Positions 34,563 to 44,647 of a DNA stretch of 64,000 bases are shown piece by piece. The notes beneath the pieces were generated by a model. The model ran no database searches, had not been told where the DNA came from, and saw only the letters and a list, made by a program, of their open reading frames with translations. Made by a program: the position numbers and the translations under genes. How positions within the stretch are numbered: the stretch's first letter is position 1; each line of letters starts with the position of its first letter. Source of the stretch: an uncultured Nitrospiraceae bacterium (GTDB lineage Bacteria > Nitrospirota > Nitrospiria > Nitrospirales > UBA2166); the NCBI GenBank assembly GCA_964463965.1, contig CAYXED010000001.1, forward strand, positions 141,961-205,960. The letters are read 5' to 3'.

Positions 34563-37085
34563 ATGAAATATCTCCTAGTAAATTTCTATCACACTACCGT
34601 CATTAAGTATCCACTTATAGCACTCACACTCGTCGGGATTATTGTTATATTTTTTGGATTACAAACCCCAAACTTCAAACTTGATGCTTCAGCGGAGTCC
34701 CTCGTTCTTGAGGACGATACAGACCTCCAATACTACCGAACAATCAGAGAGCATTATGGCGCAGATGATTTCCTTGTTATTGCATATCAACCGAAAGATA
34801 ACTTATTATCGGATGCCACCCTCTCTCAGTTAAGATCATTACGTGATGCTCTGACACTAATACCTAGAGTCGAATCTGTCCTCACAATTCTTGATGTTCC
34901 ATTGCTTAATAGTCCAAGAGTTTCCTTATCCAAGCTTGGTGAAGAGGTTAGAAGCCTAGAAACGCAAGGCATTAACAAACAACTTGCCTATAAAGAGTTT
35001 TTAGAAAGCCCCCTATACCGGAATCAACTCGTCAGCCCTGATGGAAAAACAACAGCACTTCTCATTAACTTTTCCAGAGATGAAAATTATCACTCTTTAC
35101 TCAATCGGCGCAACCAACTCAAAGAAAAACAATCGAATAATGGCCTAACAAAAAATCAAAGGTTGGAACTTGATAATGTGCTACATGAATTTTCTGTCGT
35201 ACATGAAAATGCTCTCAAACGTGAACGCAAAGAAATTTTTCTTGTAAGAGAAATTATAGAGAATCATTCAGGTGAAGCCAAAATGTATTTGGGCGGAATT
35301 TCCATGATCACGTCAGATATGATCCAATTTATTGAGCACGATCTGATCGTATTTGGAACTGGAGTTATTGGATTTCTAATTCTCGCACTTACTTTATTTT
35401 TCAGAAGACTTCGCTGGGTCATACTACCATTAAGTTGCTGCTTTATTGCCGCATGGACAATGGTTGGCATGCTTGGATTTTTCAATTGGCACGTTACCGT
35501 TATCTCATCAAATTTCATATCCTTGCTTCTTATAATAACGATGTCTATTTCCATCCACTTAACTGTCCGTTTTCGTATTTTGCAGACGGAGAATAGTCAA
35601 CACGACCAACGGAGCTTGGTTACAGCAACCATGTCTAACATGGCCAAACCGTGTTTTTACACTGCTATAACGACAATCGTGGCATTTGGATCTTTGATGG
35701 TAAGCGGAATACGGCCGGTCATTGACTTTGGTTGGATGATGACACTAGGTATCGTAGTCGCCTTCATTATAAACTTTATTTTTTTCCCATCAGTACTTTC
35801 CCTGCTTAAACCAGAGACCCCCGCTCACGGTAGAGACTTTACACAATCTTTTACGCTTTCAGTCTCAGCATTAACGCACCGATACAAGTACTCGATACTC
35901 ATACTATGCGTAATACTTGGCTTGGCAAGTATATTAGGAATTACAAAACTTGAAGTTGAAAACAGATTTATTGATAACTTTAAAAGTACTACAGCCATAC
36001 ACCAAGGCATGAAACTTATTGACACTCAACTTGGAGGCACAACGCCACTTGAAATCATCATTGACCCTGACAAAAAGTTTATGGCATACCTTGAAGACAG
36101 CGTTTTAACAGATGAGTTGGCACACGAGGATCCTTTTGATGATCCCTTCTCTGACCAAGACACAACACAAGATACCTACTGGTTACATTCCGACATGCTG
36201 ACAAAAGTCGAGTATCTTCATGACCACCTTGAACAATTACCGGAAGTAGGAAAAGTACTTTCCATAGCAACTGCATTTAAAATCATAAAACATCTCAATG
36301 ACAACCAAGTACCTGATGATTACCAGCTTGCTTTGATAGATGAAATGATGCCACAGGAAGTAAGGAAAACACTCATTGCTCCCTACCTCTCAGAAGACGG
36401 GAATCAAATACGCCTAGTCATGCGCCTAATTGACTCATCGCCAACACTGAGGCGAAAAGCTCTGATTCAACGGATAGAAGGATTTCTTCGTGACGACATG
36501 GGTTTTGCCCAAGAGGACTTTCGCTTTAGTGGAATGGTAGTACTATATAATAATATGCTCCAGAGCTTGTATAAATCTCAGATTGCAACAATTGGAGTCG
36601 TATTTTTTAGTATTCTCATAATGTTTATAGTTCTATTTAGAAACATGTACTTGGCTATACTTGCAATTATCCCAAATCTACTTGCGGCAAGTATTATTCT
36701 TGGCTTGATGGGTGTACTAGGGATCCCACTCGACATGATGACAATTACTATCGCCGCAATCACCGTTGGCATTGCCGTTGATCATGCCATTCATTATATA
36801 CATCGTTTTCAAATTGAATTTTCAAATCACCCTGTATACGAAAACACTATAGATAGGTGCCATGGAAGCATTGGAAAGGCTATATACTACACTGCGATTA
36901 CAATTACGGTTGGGTTCTCAATTCTTGCATTTTCAAACTTTATCCCTACAATCTACTTTGGTTTGCTTACGGGCTTGGCTATGATCGTCGCATTAATGAG
37001 TAATCTCACACTCCTTGCAGTATTATTGAGAGTATTTAAACCCTTGGGCCCTGGAGCGGGTCCTCCAATAGTCACAGAAACATAA
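34563..37085 (+). CDS. hpnN: RND/MMPL-family transporter, HpnN-like (hopanoid-associated exporter)
   Basis: 840 aa in two 6-TM bundles with large periplasmic loops (COG1033-type). It follows shc on the same strand. The assignment rests on family pattern plus context. Confidence 0.7.
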   Translation: MKYLLVNFYHTTVIKYPLIALTLVGIIVIFFGLQTPNFKLDASAESLVLEDDTDLQYYRTIREHYGADDFLVIAYQPKDNLLSDATLSQLRSLRDALTLIPRVESVLTILDVPLLNSPRVSLSKLGEEVRSLETQGINKQLAYKEFLESPLYRNQLVSPDGKTTALLINFSRDENYHSLLNRRNQLKEKQSNNGLTKNQRLELDNVLHEFSVVHENALKRERKEIFLVREIIENHSGEAKMYLGGISMITSDMIQFIEHDLIVFGTGVIGFLILALTLFFRRLRWVILPLSCCFIAAWTMVGMLGFFNWHVTVISSNFISLLLIITMSISIHLTVRFRILQTENSQHDQRSLVTATMSNMAKPCFYTAITTIVAFGSLMVSGIRPVIDFGWMMTLGIVVAFIINFIFFPSVLSLLKPETPAHGRDFTQSFTLSVSALTHRYKYSILILCVILGLASILGITKLEVENRFIDNFKSTTAIHQGMKLIDTQLGGTTPLEIIIDPDKKFMAYLEDSVLTDELAHEDPFDDPFSDQDTTQDTYWLHSDMLTKVEYLHDHLEQLPEVGKVLSIATAFKIIKHLNDNQVPDDYQLALIDEMMPQEVRKTLIAPYLSEDGNQIRLVMRLIDSSPTLRRKALIQRIEGFLRDDMGFAQEDFRFSGMVVLYNNMLQSLYKSQIATIGVVFFSILIMFIVLFRNMYLAILAIIPNLLAASIILGLMGVLGIPLDMMTITIAAITVGIAVDHAIHYIHRFQIEFSNHPVYENTIDRCHGSIGKAIYYTAITITVGFSILAFSNFIPTIYFGLLTGLAMIVALMSNLTLLAVLLRVFKPLGPGAGPPIVTET

Positions 37086-37164
37086 TATCTCATGGTATAC
37101 TCTGTCGTGGATACTACGACATAGACAGCCTTAACATATATTGACCACTTGGGGAGACCCCTAA

Positions 37165-37788
37165 ATGCGTACTACACACATCTACACATATAGATGGGTT
37201 TTGCTTCTGGCAGCTTTCGTATTACTTGACTTCAATCAGCTTGCCACAGCAGCACCAAGCCCAACTCAAGCCATCAAACAAACAACTGATGCACTCTTAG
37301 CGGTCTTAGAGGATCCTACATTTTCACCAATTGAAAAAACAAAGGACCGAAGAGAGCGCCTTCAAGAAATAGTGGTTAGACGATTTGACTATGGGGAAAT
37401 GGCACATCGAACCCTCGCAAAACACTGGAAAGCACGTTCCGCTGAGGAAAAGAAAGAATTTACTGAACTACTAAGCATGTTACTTATGAATTCATATATT
37501 ACAATTATCGAATCACGAACAAATGAGCAAGTCAATTATCTGGATGAAACAATAAAAAAAGACTTTGCTCGTGTAAAAACAGAAATTGTAGCCAAATCAG
37601 GCACGGTGCCCGTCGAATACCGGATGAGAAAGAAAAAACAAGAATGGAAAATCTATGATGTGATAATTGAAAATGTTAGCCTCGTGGGAAATTTTCGCAA
37701 ACAATTTGACCGAATCATTCGCTCAGAATCATTTGCTACGCTAACTGAACGACTAAAAGAAAAAACCGCCCTTCCCCCTTCTCCATAA
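37165..37788 (+). CDS. periplasmic MlaC/Ttg2D-family lipid-binding protein (HpnM-type)
   Basis: Signal peptide. The segment FDYGEMAHRTLAKHWKARSAEEKKEF is present. The segment EWKIYDVIIENVSLVGNFRKQF is also present. Both match the MlaC/Ttg2D pattern. It starts 79 nt after hpnN. Confidence 0.75.
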   Translation: MRTTHIYTYRWVLLLAAFVLLDFNQLATAAPSPTQAIKQTTDALLAVLEDPTFSPIEKTKDRRERLQEIVVRRFDYGEMAHRTLAKHWKARSAEEKKEFTELLSMLLMNSYITIIESRTNEQVNYLDETIKKDFARVKTEIVAKSGTVPVEYRMRKKKQEWKIYDVIIENVSLVGNFRKQFDRIIRSESFATLTERLKEKTALPPSP

Positions 37789-37803
37789 ATTTATGAGTGA
37801 TTA

Positions 37804-39009
37804 ATGCGCCTTACATGGCTGTGGCCATGCCTTATCGCAATCGTGCTTTTATTTCCAAATATCTGCGCTGCGGCAGAAAGCCAAAACTCCCAATCACACT
37901 TCCTACTACCCGTTATTGCTACTTCAGAAAATGGTGGCAATGATTACGGCGCTCTCCCCGTACTTGTTTCTAGCGATGAGAACAACGAAATACGTGCAAT
38001 TGTTGCTCCAATGTATGTCTTCAATGAGTTTCTTGGATCACGCGCAAGTCTCAATTTACTTGGGTTTCCAACCGACGATAGTGACTACCGTCTTATGGCG
38101 TCATACACAGAAACAATTGAGCGAAAGATTTTAGCACGCTACCGAAAATACGGCTTTGGTCACCCACGGGTTAACTTTGAAGTTGAAGGTGGTTTTTTTA
38201 GAGATGCCACTGCGCGTTTTTTTGGCCTTTCAAATACAAGCCGGAAGTCAGACCAAACCAATTATACTAACCAAGAAAGCCTTGCACGCTTCACACTTGG
38301 CTACCAAATCACTGATGATTTTGAAGTACAACTTACCGAACGTTTTCGTAAAGTCGATATAAAATCTGGAGGCATAAGATCCCTCCCCTTTCTTCAGGAT
38401 GACTTTCCATTGGTTATTGGAGGTAAAGGGGCAACAATTATTGGCCATAGGCTGGGTGCTCTTTACGATTCTAGAGATGATAGAGATACCCCGAGCAAAG
38501 GGACATTGATGACTGCATATGCTGAGCTCAATCAAAATATTGCAGAGGGATTCACCTCAACTTATCAGCGTTACCATGCAGAATACACTGGCCTCTACCC
38601 AAGTAAGTTATCCCAAAGATTTGTCTTTGTGACGCATGCCAGCATTCAAACGGTCTTTGGAGACAATACCCCATTCTTCGAACGAAGTAGTTTGGGGGGA
38701 GAAAACACCCTGAGAGGATTTGGTGTTGATCGTTTCATAGGGAAACACTCTGCTCTATTCAATGTCGAAGAGAGGATCCAAGTACTGAGGCGGAATATCA
38801 TGGGGACAATGGCCGAATTAGAAATAGCTCCTTTTATAGATCTTGGTACCGTATTTGATACCTTTGGAAAGAATACATTTTCCAACTGGCAACTGAACCC
38901 AGGAATTGGATTTAGAGGTATTGCGAAACCCAATGTTGCGGCCAGAGTTGATATAGGATTTGGAACCGAAGGTGCCGCTATTTTTGCAGGCCTAGACTTC
39001 CCATTTTAG
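37804..39009 (+). CDS. Omp85/BamA-superfamily outer-membrane beta-barrel (Bac_surface_Ag) without POTRA repeats
   Basis: Signal peptide ...NICAAA. The motif YDSRDDRDTPSKG is present. A loop-6-like SLGGENTLRGF is present. The C-terminus is aromatic (...AGLDFPF). At 401 aa there is no room for POTRA domains. It starts 15 nt after the MlaC-like gene. Confidence 0.7.
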   Translation: MRLTWLWPCLIAIVLLFPNICAAAESQNSQSHFLLPVIATSENGGNDYGALPVLVSSDENNEIRAIVAPMYVFNEFLGSRASLNLLGFPTDDSDYRLMASYTETIERKILARYRKYGFGHPRVNFEVEGGFFRDATARFFGLSNTSRKSDQTNYTNQESLARFTLGYQITDDFEVQLTERFRKVDIKSGGIRSLPFLQDDFPLVIGGKGATIIGHRLGALYDSRDDRDTPSKGTLMTAYAELNQNIAEGFTSTYQRYHAEYTGLYPSKLSQRFVFVTHASIQTVFGDNTPFFERSSLGGENTLRGFGVDRFIGKHSALFNVEERIQVLRRNIMGTMAELEIAPFIDLGTVFDTFGKNTFSNWQLNPGIGFRGIAKPNVAARVDIGFGTEGAAIFAGLDFPF

Positions 39010-39132
39010 CCTTCTATACAAACCCAAATGTCCATTGACAGTGTATTTGCCTTTATGGGAAACTGCCACTCGGTTTTGTAAAAATAACCTGTATTAGCCA
39101 CTGTTATTCAATTCCCGTCAGCGGATAAGCCT

Positions 39133-41025
39133 ATGTCGCTACTTACTACAATTAATGACCCAGCTGATCTTAAAAAGCTCTCCATTGACAAACTCCCCAT
39201 ACTAGCAGAAGAAATTCGCGAGATAATTATAGACACCACCTCAAAGGTTGGTGGTCATCTTGCTTCGAACTTAGGAGTTGTTGAGCTAACCTTAGCACTG
39301 CATTACACCTTTAATACGCCAAATGACAGAATTATATGGGATACTGGCAACCAAGGTTATGCTCATAAACTGATCACAGGTCGCAAGTGTAAATTCCATA
39401 CCTTGAGACAGTTCGGAGGTATTAGTGGGTTTTGCAAACGGGAAGAAAGTGAGTTTGATGTATTCAATGCTGGGCATGCAGGAACTGGAGTCTCTGCAGG
39501 TGTTGGAGTTTCTGCTGCACGAGGCCTCCTAAGCCAAGAGCATAAAGTAATCACAGTTCTTGGCGATGGCGCCCTCACTGCCGGGATGACCTACGAAGGC
39601 CTAAACCACGCCGGCATGCTTAAGAATGACTCTATAGTAATTTTAAATGACAATGAAATGTCAATTTCACCAAATGTTGGAGCGATATCCGCATATCTTA
39701 ACCGCACAATTACCGGGAGCTTTGCTACATGGGTAAGACACGAAGCTAAAATCGTTTTAAAGTCAATTCCTCGAATTGGTGAGCCAATTCTGAAAGCAGC
39801 AAGGCGTGCTAAAGAATCCGCAAAAAACCTTATACTTCCAGGAATTATTTTTGAAGAGCTTGGTTTCAGATACATTGGCCCAATTGATGGACATGATTTT
39901 AGTCAATTACTGCCCATACTTAAGCACATAAAGAACCTTACTGGACCACTCCTCTTACATGTCGTGACAAAAAAAGGACTTGGTTACGAACCTGCACAAA
40001 AAGACCCTGTTTGGTTTCATGCTTGCCCTCCATTTAATCGATCAACCGGCATGCCAGAAAAAAAAGGCAGTGTGCCATCCTATACCTCTATCGCAATTAA
40101 TTCTCTGATCAGACAAGCCCGGAAAGACTCACGGATTGTGGCAATAACCGCTGCAATGGCTGGAGGGACAGGTCTTGATCGTTTCGCAAAAGCTTTTCCA
40201 AAAAGATTTTTTGATGTGGGCATTGCTGAACAGCATGCGGTTACATTCGCGGCTGGCCTCGCATCTCAAGGCATGCGCCCAGTTGTTGGGATATATTCAA
40301 CCTTTCTGCAGCGAGCATTTGATCAAGTACTACATGATGTCGCAATTCAAAACCTTCCAGTATTCTATTGCATCGATCGAGGAGGCTTAGTTGCTGAAGA
40401 TGGAACAACTCATCATGGAGCATATGATCTTGCATTTTTAAGACAAATTCCAAATATGACCGTAATGGCTCCAAAAGATGAGAACGAGCTTCAACATATG
40501 ATCTATACTGGACTAACTCTAAATGGTCCTGCCTCTGTACGTTACCCACGGGGTACTGGACTTGATGTACCATTAAATAGACAAATGAAGGGCATTCCAA
40601 TTGGAAAAGCTGAACTACTCAGTGCTGGGGAGGATATTGCAATAATCGCAATTGGCGCCGGGGTAGCTCCATCAATGGAAGCCGCGGAACGAATGAGAGC
40701 AGACGGCATCTCAGTGTCCGTAGTAAATGCACGATTCGTCAAACCACTCGATACTGAACTTATCACTACTGTTGCACGTGGAGTGAACGCTATAATAACA
40801 GTTGAAGATGGAGTCCTTCAGGGTGGTTTTGGAAGTGCAGTTCTTGAATGCCTTGCTGATTATGGCGTGAATAATGTTAAAATCAAACGAATTGGAATAC
40901 CTGATATATTTGTTGATCAAGGTCCACAACATCTCCTAAGAGAGCAATGTGGAATTGACGCTGATGGCATTTATCATGTAGCAAAAATGCTATACCCTGA
41001 TTTTGAAAAAATTCTAACAAATTGA
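39133..41025 (+). CDS. dxs: 1-deoxy-D-xylulose-5-phosphate synthase
   Basis: GGHLASNLGVVELTLALHYTFNTPNDRIIWDTGNQGYAHKLITGR and the TPP motif GDGALTAGM...NDN, at 630 aa. Confidence 0.97.
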   Translation: MSLLTTINDPADLKKLSIDKLPILAEEIREIIIDTTSKVGGHLASNLGVVELTLALHYTFNTPNDRIIWDTGNQGYAHKLITGRKCKFHTLRQFGGISGFCKREESEFDVFNAGHAGTGVSAGVGVSAARGLLSQEHKVITVLGDGALTAGMTYEGLNHAGMLKNDSIVILNDNEMSISPNVGAISAYLNRTITGSFATWVRHEAKIVLKSIPRIGEPILKAARRAKESAKNLILPGIIFEELGFRYIGPIDGHDFSQLLPILKHIKNLTGPLLLHVVTKKGLGYEPAQKDPVWFHACPPFNRSTGMPEKKGSVPSYTSIAINSLIRQARKDSRIVAITAAMAGGTGLDRFAKAFPKRFFDVGIAEQHAVTFAAGLASQGMRPVVGIYSTFLQRAFDQVLHDVAIQNLPVFYCIDRGGLVAEDGTTHHGAYDLAFLRQIPNMTVMAPKDENELQHMIYTGLTLNGPASVRYPRGTGLDVPLNRQMKGIPIGKAELLSAGEDIAIIAIGAGVAPSMEAAERMRADGISVSVVNARFVKPLDTELITTVARGVNAIITVEDGVLQGGFGSAVLECLADYGVNNVKIKRIGIPDIFVDQGPQHLLREQCGIDADGIYHVAKMLYPDFEKILTN

Positions 41026-41042
41026 TGAAAACACTCTGAACT

Positions 41043-42155
41043 ATGAAACCAGTGCGAAGAAAAACACGTCAAGTGAAGGTAGGTGGAGTTTCAATTGGAG
41101 GTGATTCTCCAATTGTCGTTCAATCCATGACCACAACTGATACCCGCAATATCGAAGCGACAATAGAACAAATACAGCAACTGGAGAAAGTTGGTTGTGA
41201 AATTGTTAGAGTTGCAGTACCAACCGAAGAGGATGCAGCAGCACTTCCAAAAATTAAAGCAGCAACGACTATACCAATGATTGCTGATATCCACTTTGAT
41301 CATCGTTTAGCTCTTGCTGCAGCCAAAATAGTAGACTGCGTGCGTATTAACCCTGGAAATATAGGGTCACGTGAAAAGCTTCGAGAAGTTGTTAAAGCAG
41401 TACAAGACCACGACATTCCACTAAGGGTTGGGGTCAATGCTGGTTCTCTAGAAAGAGAGTTGCTTCAAAAATATGGCTATCCAACGGCGGATGCCATGGT
41501 TGAATCCGCAGTAACGCATGTTAAAGTTATTGAAGACCTTGGATTTACCAATATGAAGGTCTCTCTCAAAGCATCAGACGTACACCTCGCTGTTGATGCA
41601 TACCGAAAGTTTTCAAAGGCAATGGATTACCCTATTCATCTTGGGATTACAGAAGCAGGAACATCTGTCACTGGAACGGTAAAATCATCTATTGGCTTGG
41701 GACTCCTTCTTGCTGATGGCATTGGAGATACGCTACGAGTTTCACTTGCGGCTGATCCATGTGAAGAGGTCAGAATTGGATTTGAAATACTAAAATCGTT
41801 AGAGCTACGCCATCGTGGAATTAATGTCATCGCATGTCCAACCTGTGGGCGATTAGAAATTGATGTTATCAAAATTGCAAACAACCTTGAGCGTCGACTT
41901 GAACACATAAAAGAGCCTCTTACAGTCTCTGTTCTTGGATGCGTTGTTAATGGTATTGGTGAAGGCAAAGAAGCCGATATTGGAATCGCTGGAGGCCAAG
42001 GTGTTGGAATTTTGTTCAAGGAAGGAAAACTTGTACGAAAAGTTAAAGCAGATGATTTAGAAGAAGTTTTAGTGGAAGAGGTTGAAGCATTAGCCTTAGC
42101 ACGACAGCAAGCATCACTCCAGCCTGACACTGGCAACCCTACTTCGTCGCTATAA
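41043..42155 (+). CDS. ispG: 4-hydroxy-3-methylbut-2-en-1-yl diphosphate synthase (flavodoxin)
   Basis: VQSMTTTDT, RVAVP, INPGNIG and the Fe-S ligand region ACPTCGR...GCVVNGIGE. Confidence 0.97.
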   Translation: MKPVRRKTRQVKVGGVSIGGDSPIVVQSMTTTDTRNIEATIEQIQQLEKVGCEIVRVAVPTEEDAAALPKIKAATTIPMIADIHFDHRLALAAAKIVDCVRINPGNIGSREKLREVVKAVQDHDIPLRVGVNAGSLERELLQKYGYPTADAMVESAVTHVKVIEDLGFTNMKVSLKASDVHLAVDAYRKFSKAMDYPIHLGITEAGTSVTGTVKSSIGLGLLLADGIGDTLRVSLAADPCEEVRIGFEILKSLELRHRGINVIACPTCGRLEIDVIKIANNLERRLEHIKEPLTVSVLGCVVNGIGEGKEADIGIAGGQGVGILFKEGKLVRKVKADDLEEVLVEEVEALALARQQASLQPDTGNPTSSL

Positions 42156-42206
42156 TATGTCTACCCGAGACTGACGACATCCCACTATAAAACTTAGTAG
42201 ATACTT

Positions 42207-43244
42207 TTGATGAAAAACAAGGAGAATTTAGACACAGCTAGGCCCCCACTACTTCTGTCGCATGGACCAGGATGCTTTGATGGAACAACCTGCGCAGTTG
42301 CAGTATCTAGATATTATGGCACACGGTCGCTAATCCCTCACTTTACGCACCCTTCTCAACTCGATTCCATCATTCAAAAATTATCTACCACAACTACAAA
42401 CCCACACGACCTTTGGATCCTGGACATGGCCTGGAAGGATAATAAGACAGATTTATTATTACACCAGCTAATAGAACAAGGATGGAGAGTATTTTGGATT
42501 GATCATCATCGTAACGCCATTGAAAAACCAAAATCTGAAATTGAAAATATTAATTTGACAGGCTATACAATAAGTCCAGAATATGCGGCATCATACTTAC
42601 TTTTTGATTTTCTAAATACGCTACCTCAAATATCACCTTCTGCGGGGAAGTGGTTATCATCATTTGAGAAAACTGTCAAACTTGCCGACGAACACGACCG
42701 ATGGCTGCACGATGGGAAAGAAGGACACGCAATGCAGCTTGCTCTTGCAATTGAACAACTAGCTCGCCACGGAAGTGGCCTTGAAGGCTACCACGAATTA
42801 CTCGATATTAGTGAAGATGCAACCTTAACTCCAAAACTATTATCCGCTTATAAAAATGCGAAAAAAGAGCTAGAGGAAAGCCTTCTAATGGCCCAAAATT
42901 CAAAAGCAGAATACATTTTAGATAATCTGAATTTGACCATTTTGTATGCGAAATGCAACAAGTACTCAAGCCAAGTTGGCAATACTCTCAAAGCGTCGCT
43001 AGATAACGGTATTATCGTACTATTTAGTGAATCAGATGGTCGATATAGTCTAAGAAAATCAAACTCCTGCAAGGTTAATCTCGCAAATATTGCGACACTC
43101 CTTGGAGGAGGCGGGCACCCAAGTGCAGCCGGATTTCAACTTTCAACTCAAGAATATAATCCGAGCGATTTTTTACCAAAAATTGAAGCCGCGATTAAGA
43201 CATTACACACGTCTCATAAATTAAATCATGTAGCACAGGTCTAA
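42207..43244 (+). CDS. DHH/DHHA1-family phosphoesterase-like protein (atypical motif I)
   Basis: DHH motif WIDHHRN and DHHA1 motif LLGGGGHPSAAGF. Motif I reads SHGPGCFDG rather than the usual DxD. The 3' end overlaps the convergent hydrolase gene by 50 nt. Confidence 0.6.
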   Translation: MMKNKENLDTARPPLLLSHGPGCFDGTTCAVAVSRYYGTRSLIPHFTHPSQLDSIIQKLSTTTTNPHDLWILDMAWKDNKTDLLLHQLIEQGWRVFWIDHHRNAIEKPKSEIENINLTGYTISPEYAASYLLFDFLNTLPQISPSAGKWLSSFEKTVKLADEHDRWLHDGKEGHAMQLALAIEQLARHGSGLEGYHELLDISEDATLTPKLLSAYKNAKKELEESLLMAQNSKAEYILDNLNLTILYAKCNKYSSQVGNTLKASLDNGIIVLFSESDGRYSLRKSNSCKVNLANIATLLGGGGHPSAAGFQLSTQEYNPSDFLPKIEAAIKTLHTSHKLNHVAQV

Positions 43245-44316
43245 AGTTCGCAATCAGATTATTATCTCTCCCAAAGTACACACGATTTGTTAACAGCACA
43301 ACACTAAGCTCTGCAATAGGATCTACCCATACTGAAGTTCCGGTAAACCCAAGATGCCCAAATGATTGCGTAGAAAAATATTTTCCACTTGACGATACAG
43401 TAGAAGGTGTATCCCATCCTAATGCGCGAGTAGAACTTTCTACTTTTCTCTGCCGCGTAGTACAGAGCTGTGCAAGATCAGATCTTAATATAGTCCCAGC
43501 CCCACTAATTGCCTCTACATATTCATTTGTAATTTTATACACATCGCTAGCTGTGCTAAATAACCCAGCATGTCCAGCAACACCATCAAGCGCATAGGCA
43601 TTCTCATCATGAACCTCTCCAGAAATCCTTCTGCCTCTCCAAACATCGTCTTCTGTGGAAGCATAGGTTTTTGATTTCTGAGGGTCATGCCACACTGGTC
43701 CACTTGCACTAATAAAAAATGTGTTATTTGCTTCTAAGGGAGAAAAAATTTTAGTAAAACAAAATTCAGCAAAACTTATTTTAGTAACCCTCTCTATAAG
43801 CTCACTGAGAACAATGAACCCCAAATCACTATATATCATCTTCTCCCCAACCGAATACTCTAAAGCTTCACAATAAATTTGATGAAATATTTTTTGTCGA
43901 ATGCTTTTATCACCTAATCGGTACGCTTTAAATAAGTCATCAGCATCATATGCTAAATAATATGGCCTACACGCTGGCAACCCAGAAGAATGTGAGAGAA
44001 AGTGAAGTAGAGTTGCTTGTCCTATATGCGTATCAGCTAATTGAGGAAGATATGCAGATATAGGGTGTTCCAGGGCAAGGAGATTATCCTGAACTAATAA
44101 TAAAATAGCTAAGGTTGTTGCAAGAGGCTTTGTAAGAGATGCTAAGTCATAAACTGTGGCAACTGTTGCTGGGAAAGGGTTAGGAGTAAGTGAAGTAAAA
44201 CCATACGCTTCATGATGCACAACCTTCCCTTGAAATGCTATAAGTAGAACCCCGCCGGGAAAAACGCCATCATCGATCGCATGACCCATTTCTGTATCAA
44301 TAGGATCCAGTCGCAT
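43195..44316 (-). CDS. serine hydrolase of the class-C beta-lactamase / esterase / PBP-like family
   Basis: S-x-x-K motif ASLTKPLAT, a YSD (Y-x-N equivalent) and HLGFTG (KTG equivalent). Confidence 0.8.
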   Translation of the reverse strand: MRLDPIDTEMGHAIDDGVFPGGVLLIAFQGKVVHHEAYGFTSLTPNPFPATVATVYDLASLTKPLATTLAILLLVQDNLLALEHPISAYLPQLADTHIGQATLLHFLSHSSGLPACRPYYLAYDADDLFKAYRLGDKSIRQKIFHQIYCEALEYSVGEKMIYSDLGFIVLSELIERVTKISFAEFCFTKIFSPLEANNTFFISASGPVWHDPQKSKTYASTEDDVWRGRRISGEVHDENAYALDGVAGHAGLFSTASDVYKITNEYVEAISGAGTILRSDLAQLCTTRQRKVESSTRALGWDTPSTVSSSGKYFSTQSFGHLGFTGTSVWVDPIAELSVVLLTNRVYFGRDNNLIANFRPVLHDLIYETCVMS

Positions 44317-44340
44317 AGCTTACAGAAAACTTTAAGAGGA

Positions 44341-44634
44341 TCAGTTAGCAAGCCTTTTTAAGATGGTTTTTTGCTTAGACCATTGAATCGAAGAACTTTT
44401 GATCTTAGACGACTTCCCTCTTACAATTTCTACAGATGACACTGGAACACTTAGTCTACTTGCAAGAAGATCGATACAGCGTGAATTTACCTTTCCATCA
44501 ACAGGAGCTACTGACACACGCAACCTAATAATTTCATTATCAACTCCACAAGATTTATCGTGCCTTGTAGGAGGAAAAGCATAAACAGTCATAAGACAAG
44601 AAGCTTCTGGATTTTCAGGTAATACCATTCCCAC
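44341..44634 (-). CDS. DUF167 (YggU) family protein
   Basis: The segment RLRVSVAPVDGKVNSRCIDLLASRL is present. The segment VEIVRGKSSKIK is also present. Both fit the YggU pattern. The context downstream of yggT/divIVA is consistent. Confidence 0.75.
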   Translation of the reverse strand: MGMVLPENPEASCLMTVYAFPPTRHDKSCGVDNEIIRLRVSVAPVDGKVNSRCIDLLASRLSVPVSSVEIVRGKSSKIKSSSIQWSKQKTILKRLAN

Positions 44635-44647
44635 TTATGATCATTAC

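Noticed and set aside
41636-42136. Long antisense or alternative-frame ORFs inside well-supported genes. Examples: 41636..42136 in ispG, 16627..17151 in the MFS gene, 3591..4010, 8797..9279, 26945..27346, 27676..28071, 47408..47680, 54233..54559 and 60954..61268.
   Set aside because: Each overlaps a gene with strong family-level motifs on the other strand or frame. They have Pro/Ser/Arg-rich or otherwise atypical composition and lack SDs. I treat them as shadow ORFs.
42207-43244. Atypical DHH/DHHA1 protein (motif I SHGPGCFDG) as a novel signalling phosphodiesterase
   Set aside because: DHH (WIDHH) and DHHA1 (GGGGHPSAAGF) motifs are present, so it is probably an ordinary nanoRNase/phosphoesterase relative. 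The unusual motif I alone, without context genes, is too weak a basis for a novelty claim. I kept it as a feature only.
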